64,000 nt of DNA, taken from NCBI GenBank assembly GCA_027028145.1, contig JALVJV010000010.1, positions 6,979 through 70,978 of the forward strand, read 5' to 3'. Position numbers and translations under genes: made by a program. Source of the DNA: Archaeoglobaceae archaeon (GTDB lineage Archaea; Halobacteriota; Archaeoglobi; Archaeoglobales; Archaeoglobaceae). The notes under the pieces are model-generated. The model was not told where the DNA came from and did not search any database. It saw only the letters and a list, made by a program, of their open reading frames with translations. Shown piece by piece: positions 63,351-64,000 of this stretch. Numbering within the stretch: the stretch's first letter is position 1; each line of letters opens with the position of its first letter.

Positions 63351-63794
63351 TCGGAATATAAAAATTTTTAAATATTATTTAGATATATTTTATTATTATT
63401 CGTAAAATACTATGCAAGCAACAGTCGTCCATACACTGAGGAAGCAAGGTAATACCAGATACTTTGTGAAAACAAAAATTAGATATGTTTGGTCCTTTTA
63501 ATGGGGAAAAACCTTAGGAAGATACCTATCTCGATTGAGTGTAGTCTCTTTTGGTTACTTACATTATAAGTTTATTTTTATTTGATAATTTATCCTGCTT
63601 TCTCTATTATACATGATTCAACACAATTCAACACATCCGCACTGCATTGTAGCGGGAGTGGTGGGATTTATTTAGCAGGAAAAGATCAACCGCTAACGAA
63701 AGTGGCGTGGATAGAAGCGAACGTAACGCTGAAAATAGCCAAGGCGATGCTTAAGTCAAAAGGTATTTTGAAGGTTCAAGTTAATTCGGAAAAT

Positions 63795-63911
63795 ATGGAA
63801 CAGGTAATAGAAGCGATATATGAGAAAGGAGTATTCAAACCCCTTAAAAAAGTAGACTTAAAGGAAGGGGAAAGAGTAAAGATAAGAATTGGGTCTTATA
63901 AAGGCGAGTGA
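63795..63911 (+). CDS. DUF104/AF2212-like mini-protein (antitoxin-like, 38 aa)
   Basis: [32 protein letters not shown] is a classic signature of this archaeal family. The longer track ORF (63582) is probably an upstream extension. Confidence 0.7.
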   Translation: MEQVIEAIYEKGVFKPLKKVDLKEGERVKIRIGSYKGE

Positions 63912-64000
63912 CATCTTATATCTCGCCGAGTTAGCTGGAGTTGCTAGTGCTGGTGTAGGTGCAGCGGCGCTCGTAGCGGCTGGTATAGGCGTATTAGCCT
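63889..64000 (+). CDS. Possible partial CDS running off the right edge (Gly/Ala-rich hydrophobic N-terminus)
   Basis: TTG at 63889 overlaps the DUF104-like gene end. It reads [37 protein letters not shown] with no stop before the window end. Confidence 0.25.
   Translation, partial: MGLIKASDILYLAELAGVASAGVGAAALVAAGIGVLA

Overview
The window looks like a euryarchaeal chromosome. That call rests on Topo VI, aIF2-alpha, Nop10, a class I CCA enzyme, diphthamide and wyosine genes, a PGF-CTERM protein, C/D box sRNAs and an intron-containing tRNA-Tyr. The Csa1 and DUF104-like families suggest an Archaeoglobales-like host, but that is inference only.

Three accessory blocks sit in an otherwise ordinary housekeeping background.

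(1) Positions 1-6001 are the right-hand part of an integrated virus- or plasmid-like element. It ends in an SSV-type (split) tyrosine integrase whose 5' end is the antisense of a tRNA 3' fragment, which I read as the att site. A restriction-modification-like gene pair and a cluster with an interrupted PIN domain follow (6.1-10.2 kb).

(2) Positions 19.4-38.2 kb form a CRISPR-Cas island bracketed by tRNA-Met(CAU) and tRNA-Tyr. It contains:
- a subtype I-A-style adaptation module (csa1-cas1-cas2-cas4);
- a complete type III-A effector (cas10-csm2-csm3-csm4-csm5), plus cas6 and csx1;
- three very short arrays of a 24-nt repeat, each next to the same ~115-bp leader carrying a conserved 9-bp inverted repeat;
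- four intact CARF-type proteins, two VapBC pairs and an orphan repeat.

The most interesting item in this island is an overlapping gene pair, a 171-aa stand-alone CARF-like protein plus a 340-aa PIN-domain protein, with a decayed, deletion-bearing paralog beside csm5.

(3) Two textbook C/D box sRNAs that the ORF track cannot show lie at 56.5 and 57.5 kb. A PGF-CTERM protein has its signal anchor in a different reading frame.

All protein-family calls come from motifs I recognised by eye. No database search was run.
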